Shown: one piece after another, positions 25,844-34,791 of the stretch
How the letters are laid out: every line of letters starts with the position of its first letter
Numbering within the stretch: position 1 is the stretch's first letter
Assembly: GCA_903831635.1 (NCBI GenBank)
Contig: CAIKYN010000059.1
Coordinates: 1-39,913 of the forward strand
From: an uncultured Spartobacteria bacterium
GTDB lineage: Bacteria > Verrucomicrobiota > Verrucomicrobiia > Chthoniobacterales > UBA6821
Direction: 5' to 3'
Length of the DNA: 39,913 nucleotides
Translations under genes and position numbers: made by a program
Notes under the pieces: generated by a model
The model's input: the letters and a program-made list of their open reading frames with translations, nothing else
Told to the model about the DNA's origin: nothing
Databases searched by the model: none

Positions 25844-28800
25844 ATGAAACCTCTCATATTGCATCGGCATCTTTTTTGGGCATTGGTAGGTGTATTGTTT
25901 AGTCATTCCATAAAAGCGCAGAGTAATACCCCCGCCCCGATCAATTACAATGTCACAGGATTTTCGGTTGTGGTTCCAGCGGCGAATATCAGTGCCAATG
26001 AAGGAGTGGAAGCTTTTCGGAATCTTCCTCAGTTCCCAGAGGCCCTAGTTCCGACATCCACACCTAGTGACTCGGATAATGCAGTCTTTGCAAATGCTGT
26101 TAATGCATTCCTGAGTAGAGGGACACCTGACGATTATAGCGCCTTGCAGGATTTTCTCACTGCCAATCCTGTTTCTCCTTGGAGAGTAGCAGTACTGGTC
26201 AACCTAGGGATCTTGCAGGAAAAGGGAGGATATTTCACTAAGGCCTTGGGAAATCTCACGACTGCTTGGAGCGAGGGGCAAGGATTAAGTTCTAATGTCG
26301 GAGTAATCTTAGCAGATCGAGCCTATGCGGAGTTATTGGAGCTACAATCACACCTTGGGCATGTGGTTGAGACGATGAATCTGATTGGGCAATCCTCCGG
26401 TAGGGTTTGGACAGGCAAAACTCCCAGAGTCATTGAGATGGCTCAGAAAGTAGTTGCAGACATGAAGAATGCACCGCAAAGCCCCAGTTTCCAGTGTGGA
26501 CCGACTTCACTGGGTCAGGTGGCGGCTGCACTCCATGTAAGTAATGCGATGGATGTCATTCTAGCAGGACACCATGCGGTTTCGGATACGAATGGATACA
26601 GCCTTGCTCAGCTTGGATCAATGAGCCAGCAGTATGGACTTCCATTGCAAATGGCCTATCGCAGCAAAGGGGCAGCGATTTTAACACCTGCAGTGATCCA
26701 TCTTGGTGTCGGTCACTACAGCGCACTCACGCAGCATGATGAGAAGAACGGTTATCTCCTTCAGGACACCTCGTTTAATCAGCAGATCTGGATGAGTTCT
26801 GCTACTGTGGATGCCGAGTCTAGCGGTTATTTCCTTGTTCCCGTTGGTCCCTTGCCGAGTGGATGGAGAGGAGTTGGGGTGGATGAGGCCGCAACAGTAT
26901 GGGGAAGTGGTAACACTCCCTTTAAGAATCCCGTCAGACCTAATCCAATTACACCGCAGTGCTGTCCATGCAATGGCATGCCGGTGGCGACGATAAATCT
27001 GCAGGAGGCTAGCGCACTATTGAAAGACACTCCTGTAGGGTATCAGCCTCCTGTAGGCCCGAGGATCGACTTTACCTTTACCATTGATGAGGGGAATACA
27101 TCACAACCCTCGATGATGAACTTTTGCAATATGGGAAGTCTGGCTTCGTTTAACTGGCTTGGGTACATCGAGTTTAATCCAAGCACCCCGACAGCAAGTG
27201 TGACGCTTTATGCGAGGGGAGGCGGGGTGGAAATCTACCAAGGGTATAATACGAACACCATGAGCTATCTCATCGGACAGAATACGGGTGTCGGATTAAA
27301 ACACTTAAGTTCTACGACCTTTGCTCGAATCTTTCCCGATGGATCTCAGGAAATCTACGCCCAGGATGATGGTGTGGTTGTGGGATCAGGAACCACTCTC
27401 AAGAGAGCCTTCCTCAGTCAGTTGATCGATCCACATGGGAATACCATCACTCTCAGCTACGATAGCCTACGCAGGATTGTTGGAATAACAGATCCGATTG
27501 GTCAGGTGACTACCTTGAGCTACGGGAGTAGTGGTGATCCCTACAAGATCACTCAAGTTACTGATCCGTTCGGGAGATCGGCGACCTTCAGCTATACTTC
27601 CAGCGGATTACTTACCTCCTCTACGGATGCCTTGGGACTTACGACTACCTTTGCCTGCAATGGTAGCATCCTGATGTCGATGACGACACCATACGGGACG
27701 ACTTCTTTTAGTGTCGGCAACAACGGTGGAGATAATACCTGGGTACAGATCACCGATCCGTTGGGAGGCACCGAGAGGGCCGAATCCTGGCCAACAGGAG
27801 CCCCGAAAGCCACTAATAGTGATCCGTTGGGAGCCCCATCTGGTATTGGCATGAACACCATCAATGATTACCTCCAGTATCGTACCACTTATTACTGGGG
27901 TAAACACGCGATGATGGTAGCTCCCGGTGATTTTACTGCGGCGTATGCCTATCAGTTCAACCACAGCCAAGATTCCCTCGGGAATGTCAATTACAACTCC
28001 ATGGGCAACTCACTGGAAACCGAGAAGCCACCTGGCGAGAGTCGTATCTGGTACAACTATCCTGGACAGGCAAACTCGATTGTAGATGGAAAACAACCCA
28101 ATCCCTCCGCCATCGGACGCCTCGTTCAGAACGCCCAAGGGCAGATAATGTCACAGATCACTCTGAAAGGCTACAACGCTCAAAACAACCTCACCAACGT
28201 GGTAGACCCCGCAGGTAGAGTAACGACTTATTTGTATGCAACCAATGGCCTGGACCTGACGAACGTCACACAGGGAGAGAGCACCATCTTTGCAGCTAGT
28301 TACAACGGCCAGCATCTTCCCCTGAGCATTACCGATGCTGCCGGTCAAACGACCACCTATAGCTACAACTTGTTCGGAGAGCGCCTTAGCATGACAGATC
28401 CCCTAGGGAATAATACTTCGTACAGTTATGATGGGAATGGATATCTCCTCTCCATCACAGCACCCTTGGGAGCGACCACTTCCTTCACGCATGATACAGT
28501 GGGCAGGATAGCCAGTGTTACCGATAGCGAGGGGTACAAGGTTACTTACAGTTATGACAATCTCGATAGGGTGACCTCCATGACCTATCCGGATGGCACC
28601 AGCAAGGTAATCAACTACGACAAACTCGACGTCGCCAGCATCACTGACCGCGAAGGGAGAAGCACCCACCAATGGTGGGATGCCAATAGACACATGATCG
28701 TCTCACAGGATCCCCTAGGACGTATTACGCAGTACAACTGGTGCAAGTGCGGCGTGCTAGAGGGACTCACCGATGCGAATGGCAATCAGACGAAGTTTTC

Positions 28801-30772
28801 CTACGATCCGGGAGTACGCCTCATCAGCAAATCCTACGCCGACGGAACGAGTCTCTCCTATGCCTACGACCTCTCGGGGCGACTCTCGACAGTCACCGAC
28901 GCATTGGGACAGGTAAAGACCGCCCGCTACAATGTCGATGATACCACAGCGAGCCTGAGCTACAGCAATGCAGTCAACATGACTCCCTCGGTCTCCATGA
29001 CCTGGGCCACGAACTACCCCCGCGTCATCACAGTCACCGATGGCAGCGGAACCAATAGCTTCAGCTACGTCCCCTACGGCTCTGTTGGTGGAGGGAAAGT
29101 CTCCTCCTTGACGACACCACTTGCACAGATCAATTACGGCTACGATGCCATGGGACGGCTAACCAACCGCCAGATTGGGAGCAACACCGAGAGCCTCAGC
29201 TACGATGCCCTCGGGAGAATGACTGGCGATACCAATACCCTCGGCAGCTTCGCCTACAGCTACGTCAATGCCACAGCACGACTTGCGAGCATCACCATGC
29301 CTGGAGGTATATCCAGCAGCTACACCTACTATGGGAATACTGGCAGCGCAGGGAATGAAGACCAGCGACTCAGCTCCATCACCAATACTATCGGCTCTAT
29401 CACCGCATCCCAGTTCGGATACAGCTACGACGTCGTGGGCAATATCACCGGATGGAGCCAAACCCAGCCGGGAGCCATGAGCAATGTGCTGGCCTGGGGC
29501 AACCAATACGATGCAGCCGACCAGCTCACAGCAGCTGCCATCAGTGATCAGGTCACCTCGGCAATGCTGACCAACAACGCCTTTACCTACGACATGGTGG
29601 GCAACCGCCTCTCCAAGCAGCAGAATAGCTCCCTCGTATCTGGAACCTTTAATAACCTCAATCAACTTACCGCCCTGAGTGGAGGAAGTGGCCGATTACA
29701 GGTTGGGGGAAGCGTTAGTAAAACCTCCAAGGTCACCGTGGTAACCGGCACCAATAGCTACCCCGCCACCACCCTCTGGGGAACCAACTTCAGCGCCAGC
29801 ATCGCAGCCAGCTTAGGGACCAATACATTCAGCGTGGTGGCCCAGGATGCCAATACGAACTTGGTCACCAATACCTACCAGATCGCCGTCACGGCTCTGG
29901 AGGGGAGTAGAAACTTCACCTACGATGCCAATGGGAACTGCCTCAGCGATGGACAACGGAGCTACCAGTGGGACGCCGAGAACAGACTCGCTACACTGAC
30001 GGTAGGCACCAATGTCTACAGCTTCGGATACGACTTCGCTGGTCGACGCATCTCCGAAAAACTCAATGGCACCCTAATCAAGCAAACCCTCTGGGACACG
30101 GCGGGTAACTCACCGATTCCACTGGAGGAGCGAGATGCGACTAATGGAGTGGCCAAGAGATTCTTTGCTCAGGGAGAGCAGCAGAATGGCACCAACTACT
30201 ACTACCTAAGAGACTATCTTGGATCTGTAAGGGAGATGGTTAGCAGTAGCGGATCTATTGTCTCCGAGGCCACCTACGATCCCTACGGAGTAGCAACAAT
30301 AACGGGGAGTGTCACACCCACCTTCCAGTACGCCGGATACTATGCCCATCAGGGGAGCGGACTGAGCCTCACCTGGTATCGAGGATACGATCCGGTGATC
30401 GGAAGGTGGCTAGCAAGGGATCCGCTGAAGAATGCAGAGAGAAAGCAGGGAATGAATCTGTATGATTATGCACAAAGAGATCCACTTAAAAAAACTGATC
30501 CCTTTGGTTTATTTAATATAGGTAAAATCGGACCGATACTACCGACACCTGATCCTTTTTGGGATAATATATTCCCACCAGAATTAGGTTCTCCCAAAAT
30601 CCCGGGACATTGTATCTTGATAAGCTCAACATTGACTGGAACATGCCCATCCATAAGGGTTTGTGTTTGGTCTTGTGTTGCGGCTCACACAGAAGGCATG
30701 CCATCATCAGCGCCGTACCAAACAATCACGGTGTGTACTGCAGATAAGGCCTGTAAATCTCCGTTAGATTAA
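25844..30772 (+). CDS. RHS/YD-repeat polymorphic toxin with Sec signal peptide, C39/papain-like N-terminal domain and a Cys-rich C-terminal tip
   Basis: ATG at 25844 gives MKPLILHRHLFWALVGVLFSHSIKAQS. QCGPTSL...HYSAL is a cysteine-peptidase-like pair. There are many YD repeats (YSYDGNGYLLSIT, YSYDNLDRVTSMTYPDG). The core end is YYYLRDYLGSVREMV...YRGYDPVIGRWLARDPL with the DPFGL cleavage-type motif. A tip of about 86 aa with 6 Cys follows. The start is 8 nt after the LamG gene stop. Confidence 0.85.
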   Translation: MKPLILHRHLFWALVGVLFSHSIKAQSNTPAPINYNVTGFSVVVPAANISANEGVEAFRNLPQFPEALVPTSTPSDSDNAVFANAVNAFLSRGTPDDYSALQDFLTANPVSPWRVAVLVNLGILQEKGGYFTKALGNLTTAWSEGQGLSSNVGVILADRAYAELLELQSHLGHVVETMNLIGQSSGRVWTGKTPRVIEMAQKVVADMKNAPQSPSFQCGPTSLGQVAAALHVSNAMDVILAGHHAVSDTNGYSLAQLGSMSQQYGLPLQMAYRSKGAAILTPAVIHLGVGHYSALTQHDEKNGYLLQDTSFNQQIWMSSATVDAESSGYFLVPVGPLPSGWRGVGVDEAATVWGSGNTPFKNPVRPNPITPQCCPCNGMPVATINLQEASALLKDTPVGYQPPVGPRIDFTFTIDEGNTSQPSMMNFCNMGSLASFNWLGYIEFNPSTPTASVTLYARGGGVEIYQGYNTNTMSYLIGQNTGVGLKHLSSTTFARIFPDGSQEIYAQDDGVVVGSGTTLKRAFLSQLIDPHGNTITLSYDSLRRIVGITDPIGQVTTLSYGSSGDPYKITQVTDPFGRSATFSYTSSGLLTSSTDALGLTTTFACNGSILMSMTTPYGTTSFSVGNNGGDNTWVQITDPLGGTERAESWPTGAPKATNSDPLGAPSGIGMNTINDYLQYRTTYYWGKHAMMVAPGDFTAAYAYQFNHSQDSLGNVNYNSMGNSLETEKPPGESRIWYNYPGQANSIVDGKQPNPSAIGRLVQNAQGQIMSQITLKGYNAQNNLTNVVDPAGRVTTYLYATNGLDLTNVTQGESTIFAASYNGQHLPLSITDAAGQTTTYSYNLFGERLSMTDPLGNNTSYSYDGNGYLLSITAPLGATTSFTHDTVGRIASVTDSEGYKVTYSYDNLDRVTSMTYPDGTSKVINYDKLDVASITDREGRSTHQWWDANRHMIVSQDPLGRITQYNWCKCGVLEGLTDANGNQTKFSYDPGVRLISKSYADGTSLSYAYDLSGRLSTVTDALGQVKTARYNVDDTTASLSYSNAVNMTPSVSMTWATNYPRVITVTDGSGTNSFSYVPYGSVGGGKVSSLTTPLAQINYGYDAMGRLTNRQIGSNTESLSYDALGRMTGDTNTLGSFAYSYVNATARLASITMPGGISSSYTYYGNTGSAGNEDQRLSSITNTIGSITASQFGYSYDVVGNITGWSQTQPGAMSNVLAWGNQYDAADQLTAAAISDQVTSAMLTNNAFTYDMVGNRLSKQQNSSLVSGTFNNLNQLTALSGGSGRLQVGGSVSKTSKVTVVTGTNSYPATTLWGTNFSASIAASLGTNTFSVVAQDANTNLVTNTYQIAVTALEGSRNFTYDANGNCLSDGQRSYQWDAENRLATLTVGTNVYSFGYDFAGRRISEKLNGTLIKQTLWDTAGNSPIPLEERDATNGVAKRFFAQGEQQNGTNYYYLRDYLGSVREMVSSSGSIVSEATYDPYGVATITGSVTPTFQYAGYYAHQGSGLSLTWYRGYDPVIGRWLARDPLKNAERKQGMNLYDYAQRDPLKKTDPFGLFNIGKIGPILPTPDPFWDNIFPPELGSPKIPGHCILISSTLTGTCPSIRVCVWSCVAAHTEGMPSSAPYQTITVCTADKACKSPLD
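30399..30472. repeat. inverted repeat arm 1 (end of Rhs core in the main gene)
   Basis: Matches the reverse complement of 33463-33536 over 74 bp with no indels and 10 mismatches. The 37-bp perfect core is 30407-30443. Confidence 0.9.
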
Positions 30773-30781
30773 GAAAAGGTT

Positions 30782-31291
30782 ATGAAAAGATATTTATATA
30801 TAGTCAGCATTCTACCCTCCATATTAATTGTTTCCATTTCTTTTTCTTTATTAATTGGCAGGTTATATGTGCAGAAATCATCTTCTATGAATCCATCTAT
30901 TATTAATAATGATAGGATTTTTATATTAAAATCTAAAAACATACAGAGATTTGATATTATTTGTTTTAACTTTACACAAGATGGAAAAACTTTCCCCATT
31001 CTAAAAAGAGTTATAGCATTTTCTGGTGAAAAAATTTTAATATCTTATGGAGAAATTAGAATTAATGATAAAATAATAAAACTACCTTCGGATATCGATG
31101 TGCAGAATCTTCTAGGGTCAGATTTAAATCCAATTAAATTTGGATCACCTTACAATTATATCGTTCCTCCAGGCGAACTTTTTATAATGGGAGACAACAC
31201 AAAGGATTCTTATGACAGTAGATATTATGGAGGAGTTCCTATTACTATGATAATAGGAAAAGCAGCTTGGATATTGCGTTTTTTAAAATAG
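30782..31291 (+). CDS. type I signal peptidase (S26 family) homologue
   Basis: N-terminal TM helix. Box B is SSSMNPSI, box D is ILKRVIAFSGEKI, and box E is GDNTKDSYDSRYYG. The DNA is very AT-rich. The start lies 9 nt after the rhs stop, the position normally held by an immunity gene. Confidence 0.8.
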   Translation: MKRYLYIVSILPSILIVSISFSLLIGRLYVQKSSSMNPSIINNDRIFILKSKNIQRFDIICFNFTQDGKTFPILKRVIAFSGEKILISYGEIRINDKIIKLPSDIDVQNLLGSDLNPIKFGSPYNYIVPPGELFIMGDNTKDSYDSRYYGGVPITMIIGKAAWILRFLK

Positions 31292-31422
31292 GTTCTTAGC
31301 AAAGATTCCGATAATTTAAAAACAGGTAATTTTACGAAATATTCATAACTTCGCATTAAATCTAAAAACTGTTATATGTTTAATAGTTTTGTGTAAAAAT
31401 ATTAACTGGTCATTCATTACAT

Positions 31423-32499
31423 CTAAATCTCATAATCGATCATTTCCTCGCTGAAGAGTTCATCGTTTTTCATCTTTGAGGCGGGATGGCATTTGCGATG
31501 CACCTCTTTAAGCTGGCGGATGTCGAGCGTGGTATAGATTGCGGTGGTCTCGAGTTTTTCGTGTCCTAGGAGCTGCTGGATGAAGCGGATGTCTGCCCCT
31601 CCCTCGAGCATATGGGTGGCGCAGGCATGGCGCAGCTGGTGGCAGCTTCCATGGCCCGCCAGTCCAGCTTTCTTCATGAAACTAGAAACCCTGCGGCTGA
31701 GTACGTCTGGATTGAAGGGGCCCCCGTAGCCGGTGAGGAAGAGGTGTGTCTCCTGACTATCTCTACAGAGGAGTGGGCGTGTCGTTTTGAGGTAGGAACG
31801 AATCCATGCGACGGCGCGTTTCCCGACTGGGATGATCCGATCCTTCTTCCCCTTGCCCAGTCGGATATGTAACGAGCCATGATCGGCGTTGAAGTCTTGG
31901 AGTTCCAGATTGCAGAGTTCAGCACGGCGGAGACCATTGGTATAGAAGAGCTCTAGAATCGCTCGATCACGGATTCCCAGAGGATCTGTGGTGTCCGGGA
32001 TGGAAAGGAGGCGTCTGATCTGTCGGATTGTCAGGGAGACGCTAGGAAGACGTTTCTCGGGACGGGGAAGGACCAGATCGATTGCTGGATCATAGGGAAT
32101 GATGCTCTTGCGATTCATCCAATGGAACCAATCCCGGAGGGTAGAGATCCGCTGTCTTTGTGCGCTCCAGCCCAAGGGTTTGCCCTTAGTCGGGTGGCGA
32201 TAACTCCAGAGCCATACTTGATAGGCTTCAAGAATGGACTGAGTGACCTGACTGGCGGAGGTCAGATTTCGAGCAGCACACCAATTGATAAATGTCTTCA
32301 GGGCATCTCGACGGCCCTCGATAGTACCGGGCGAGTAGTTGTGAGCCCTGAGTTGCTCCAGGTAGGTGTCCTGGAGTGTGCCTAGAGAGTCGGGAGACGT
32401 ACGATCCCAGCAGTCATGCCATTTGGCTATTCCACCTCGAGTATGAATCGGCCTATCCCGCATCCAGCGGATGGAAGCAATTCCCTTGGGAGCACTCAT
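31423..32499 (-). CDS. tyrosine site-specific recombinase (XerC/D-like phage-integrase family)
   Basis: Motifs: NGLRRAELCNL (Arg I), HQLRHACATHMLEGGADIRFIQQLLGHEKLETTAIYT (HxxR ... H ... Y), and an N-terminal SAM-like core-binding domain (YSPGTIEGRRDALKTFINWC). It is GC-rich, unlike its AT-rich flanks. Confidence 0.9.
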   Translation of the reverse strand: MSAPKGIASIRWMRDRPIHTRGGIAKWHDCWDRTSPDSLGTLQDTYLEQLRAHNYSPGTIEGRRDALKTFINWCAARNLTSASQVTQSILEAYQVWLWSYRHPTKGKPLGWSAQRQRISTLRDWFHWMNRKSIIPYDPAIDLVLPRPEKRLPSVSLTIRQIRRLLSIPDTTDPLGIRDRAILELFYTNGLRRAELCNLELQDFNADHGSLHIRLGKGKKDRIIPVGKRAVAWIRSYLKTTRPLLCRDSQETHLFLTGYGGPFNPDVLSRRVSSFMKKAGLAGHGSCHQLRHACATHMLEGGADIRFIQQLLGHEKLETTAIYTTLDIRQLKEVHRKCHPASKMKNDELFSEEMIDYEI

Positions 32500-32679
32500 G
32501 GCGGATGAGACGGCGTAAATGGCCTATCTCAATCACGCACATGGCGATCACAGAATCAAGATGATGGTTCTAGTGGAGGAATAGTTACAACTAAATATTT
32601 GATTTTGCTAGTATTTGTAACATATTATCTTTTTGTGTGCACTTATACTCCGCGGCATTATAGTTTTACAGATAAAAAT

Positions 32680-33099
32680 TTACTTTAGTGATTCTTTGTA
32701 TTCCGATAAGCTTTTATTATTAAGAGAAGGTAACATACCATTAATTACAGACATAGACTCAACCAACTGGAATTGTAACTGATCAAATCCAGGTTCTTTT
32801 GAAACATGATAACAAACAATTATTAAATCGGGAAAAACCCTGTCAGCTTGACCATGATACTTAAGACTACCACCACCCATATCTTGTCCTAAACCAATAT
32901 TTATTTTAAATCCAGATTTGTTCATTAAAACCTCCTTCACAGGAAACATATACTTACCGCTATTTTTTCTAATTGAACAAAGAACGATAAAATTAATCTT
33001 TCCTGGCGCCCTACCACAAGCAGTAATTAATAAAATCCCAAGCAATATACAAAAAGCTAATATTTTAGAATAAAGACTCTTTTTTTTAATTATTTGCAT
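32680..33099 (-). CDS. small lipoprotein, candidate immunity protein for the orphan Rhs tip
   Basis: The ATG at 33099-33097 gives MQIIKKKSLYSKILAFCILLGILLITAC (lipobox-like LITAC). The DNA is AT-rich. The gene lies immediately downstream of the orphan tip (stop at 33112). Confidence 0.6.
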   Translation of the reverse strand: MQIIKKKSLYSKILAFCILLGILLITACGRAPGKINFIVLCSIRKNSGKYMFPVKEVLMNKSGFKINIGLGQDMGGGSLKYHGQADRVFPDLIIVCYHVSKEPGFDQLQFQLVESMSVINGMLPSLNNKSLSEYKESLK

Positions 33100-33111
33100 T
33101 TTAGGAAACAA

Positions 33112-33621
33112 TTATTTGAGACTAGTATCAATATCCAAGGAATATGATATTTCAGTTTTTTCTGAAATCTTTGATTGTTTAGTTTCCACAGTAGTTTTAT
33201 GAGTACATGAGTCGGTACAAAAATATCTTTGTTGGCGGATCACATTATATAATTGCCCCCATTTCACTAAATAAACATCAATTCCATCTGGAATTGGAGA
33301 AAAACCCTCTTTGACATAATTAATTAAAGCGAATGCTCTTAAAAGTTGTCTTTGAATCTCATACTTATCACCGATATATTGTTTCCAATCAAATGAATCA
33401 CCCACAGGAACGCAAGTAACTTCTAATCCAAAAATATCTAGCCACTTAATACTATTATTAAGTGCATAGTTATACAAACCTATGCCCTGACTTCTCTCTG
33501 CATTCTTCAGCGGATCCCTTGCTAGCCATCTTCCGACCTTCAGAGAGGTTGGAAAACTCGGGGTGGAACGGTAGAGGAGTGCCACGCTCGAACTGTTACC
33601 TTGGGACCATCCGGGATGCAA
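33112..33621 (-). CDS. orphan Rhs C-terminal module (core-end stub plus alternative toxin tip), probably silent in this orientation
   Basis: Encodes ...LLYRSTPSFPTSLKVGRWLARDPLKNAERSQGIGLYNYALNNSIKWLDIFGLEVTC... followed by about 100 aa unrelated to the main tip. There is no Rhs shell upstream and no ATG start. Confidence 0.7.
   Translation of the reverse strand: MHPGWSQGNSSSVALLYRSTPSFPTSLKVGRWLARDPLKNAERSQGIGLYNYALNNSIKWLDIFGLEVTCVPVGDSFDWKQYIGDKYEIQRQLLRAFALINYVKEGFSPIPDGIDVYLVKWGQLYNVIRQQRYFCTDSCTHKTTVETKQSKISEKTEISYSLDIDTSLK
33463..33536. repeat. inverted repeat arm 2 (Rhs core-end stub of the orphan tip)
   Basis: Reverse complement of 30399-30472 with 64/74 identical. The 37-bp perfect core is 33492-33528. 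Confidence 0.9.
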
Positions 33622-33808
33622 GACCTCATTTGGTTCATCACCAAGACGCTCTAATCAGGACAACAGAAAACAACAAAACAACCATTGGCCATAAGGAGGA
33701 AGATAACTTTCCTTTCCCTCCTCTTTTTCCTTGAGTAGAGGATTTGAAAGAGCTAATCCTGTAGAAGGATTACCCCAATTCCAATCAACCCCGACCCCAG
33801 AACAAACC

Positions 33809-34015
33809 ATGAAATCGCAAAAAATCTATGTCGAAAGACGAGATCAAGGAGATTATGCAGTCCGGCGTGCTGGTTCACAGCGAGCCAGTGCTGTTGAATC
33901 GACTCAAGCTGAAGCCATAGCTCGAGCTCGGGAAATTGCTCCCGGAGCAAAACCCCATGTTGAACGTGTCCGCAATACGGACGGCGGTCATCCGGATAAG
34001 TGGAGGAGTGCTTAG
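33809..34015 (+). CDS. DUF2188-family small protein
   Basis: ATG at 33809 gives MKSQKIYVERRDQGDYAVRRAGSQRASAVESTQAEAIARAREIAPGAKPHVERVRNTDGGHPDKWRSA. This fits the DUF2188 pattern (W/Y-AV-R-x-G-x-RAS...TQAEAI..AR). Confidence 0.65.
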   Translation: MKSQKIYVERRDQGDYAVRRAGSQRASAVESTQAEAIARAREIAPGAKPHVERVRNTDGGHPDKWRSA

Positions 34016-34021
34016 CAATCT

Positions 34022-34720
34022 ATGGCTAGGAAACCGGCGCTTTCTTCGGTTGTTTTGAGGTACGAAAAAACCTTGGAATCTTCCGAGAATCTTTATGAGA
34101 CTGTAAAGCCATATTCAAATTCAACATGGGAAACATTTAAAAAAACGGATATACTTCATCCTGCTCAAGCAAGAGCAATCATCTCTCTTGCCTTTCTTCA
34201 AATTGTTACTGCATGGGAGGATTATGTTGAATCGGTATTTGTACGTTATGTTGCCGGTGCATCCTCTCCAAAAAACTACAAGCCAGCAGCGCGGGTTTCG
34301 GCGGTTAAAGATATTCATCATGCATTTCAGTTGCTCAGCCTCAATGAAGAGTATAGCCCTCAAAGGGACTATTTAAGCTGGAGCAACTGGAAATCTGTTG
34401 CATCTCGCTCAAAAATATTCTTTGAGTCTGGCCGTCCATTTACAAATCTGACTCTTAATGAAAACGATAGACTGAAGGATGCTGTTATTATAAGAAACAG
34501 AATCGCTCACAACTCATCTAAATGTAGATCTTCATTTGTTGAAATTTCTAAAAGACATCTTGGAATTGATAAAAAAGCAACCTTGCCGCAGGGCTTTTCT
34601 ACTGGAAAACTACTACTAACTGAATCAAATCGTCTCTTTGGGAAAAACTCAAAGCCAAAGCCTTACTTTGAACACTATCTGGAACTTTTTAGATCAATAT
34701 CTAAGAAGATATGTCCCTAA
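34022..34720 (+). CDS. HEPN-like protein (Rx4H motif), putative RNase/defence effector
   Basis: 232 aa, predicted helical. It has a TAWEDYVESVF motif and IIRNRIAHNSSK (R-x4-H), as in RiboL-PSP/MAE_28990-type HEPN domains. The start lies 6 nt after the DUF2188 stop. Confidence 0.55.
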   Translation: MARKPALSSVVLRYEKTLESSENLYETVKPYSNSTWETFKKTDILHPAQARAIISLAFLQIVTAWEDYVESVFVRYVAGASSPKNYKPAARVSAVKDIHHAFQLLSLNEEYSPQRDYLSWSNWKSVASRSKIFFESGRPFTNLTLNENDRLKDAVIIRNRIAHNSSKCRSSFVEISKRHLGIDKKATLPQGFSTGKLLLTESNRLFGKNSKPKPYFEHYLELFRSISKKICP

Positions 34721-34768
34721 AACTACAATGATTTACTCAATGTGGTGAGCAGCTTGCAGTCCTTTCAA

Positions 34769-34791
34769 GGCAAGAGTGATCGGGTGCATCC
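34769..34791. repeat. direct repeat GGCAAGAGTG(AT/GC)CGGGTGCATCC, copy 1
   Basis: 21/23 identical to 35808-35830, with weaker similarity extending about 25 bp upstream. The two copies flank the FRG gene. Confidence 0.8.

Noticed and set aside
25844-30772. Rhs toxin as a T6SS effector
   Set aside because: I saw no PAAR-like N-terminus and no VgrG, Hcp, Tss or chaperone genes in the window, and the protein has a Sec-type signal peptide. A T6SS elsewhere in the genome cannot be excluded.
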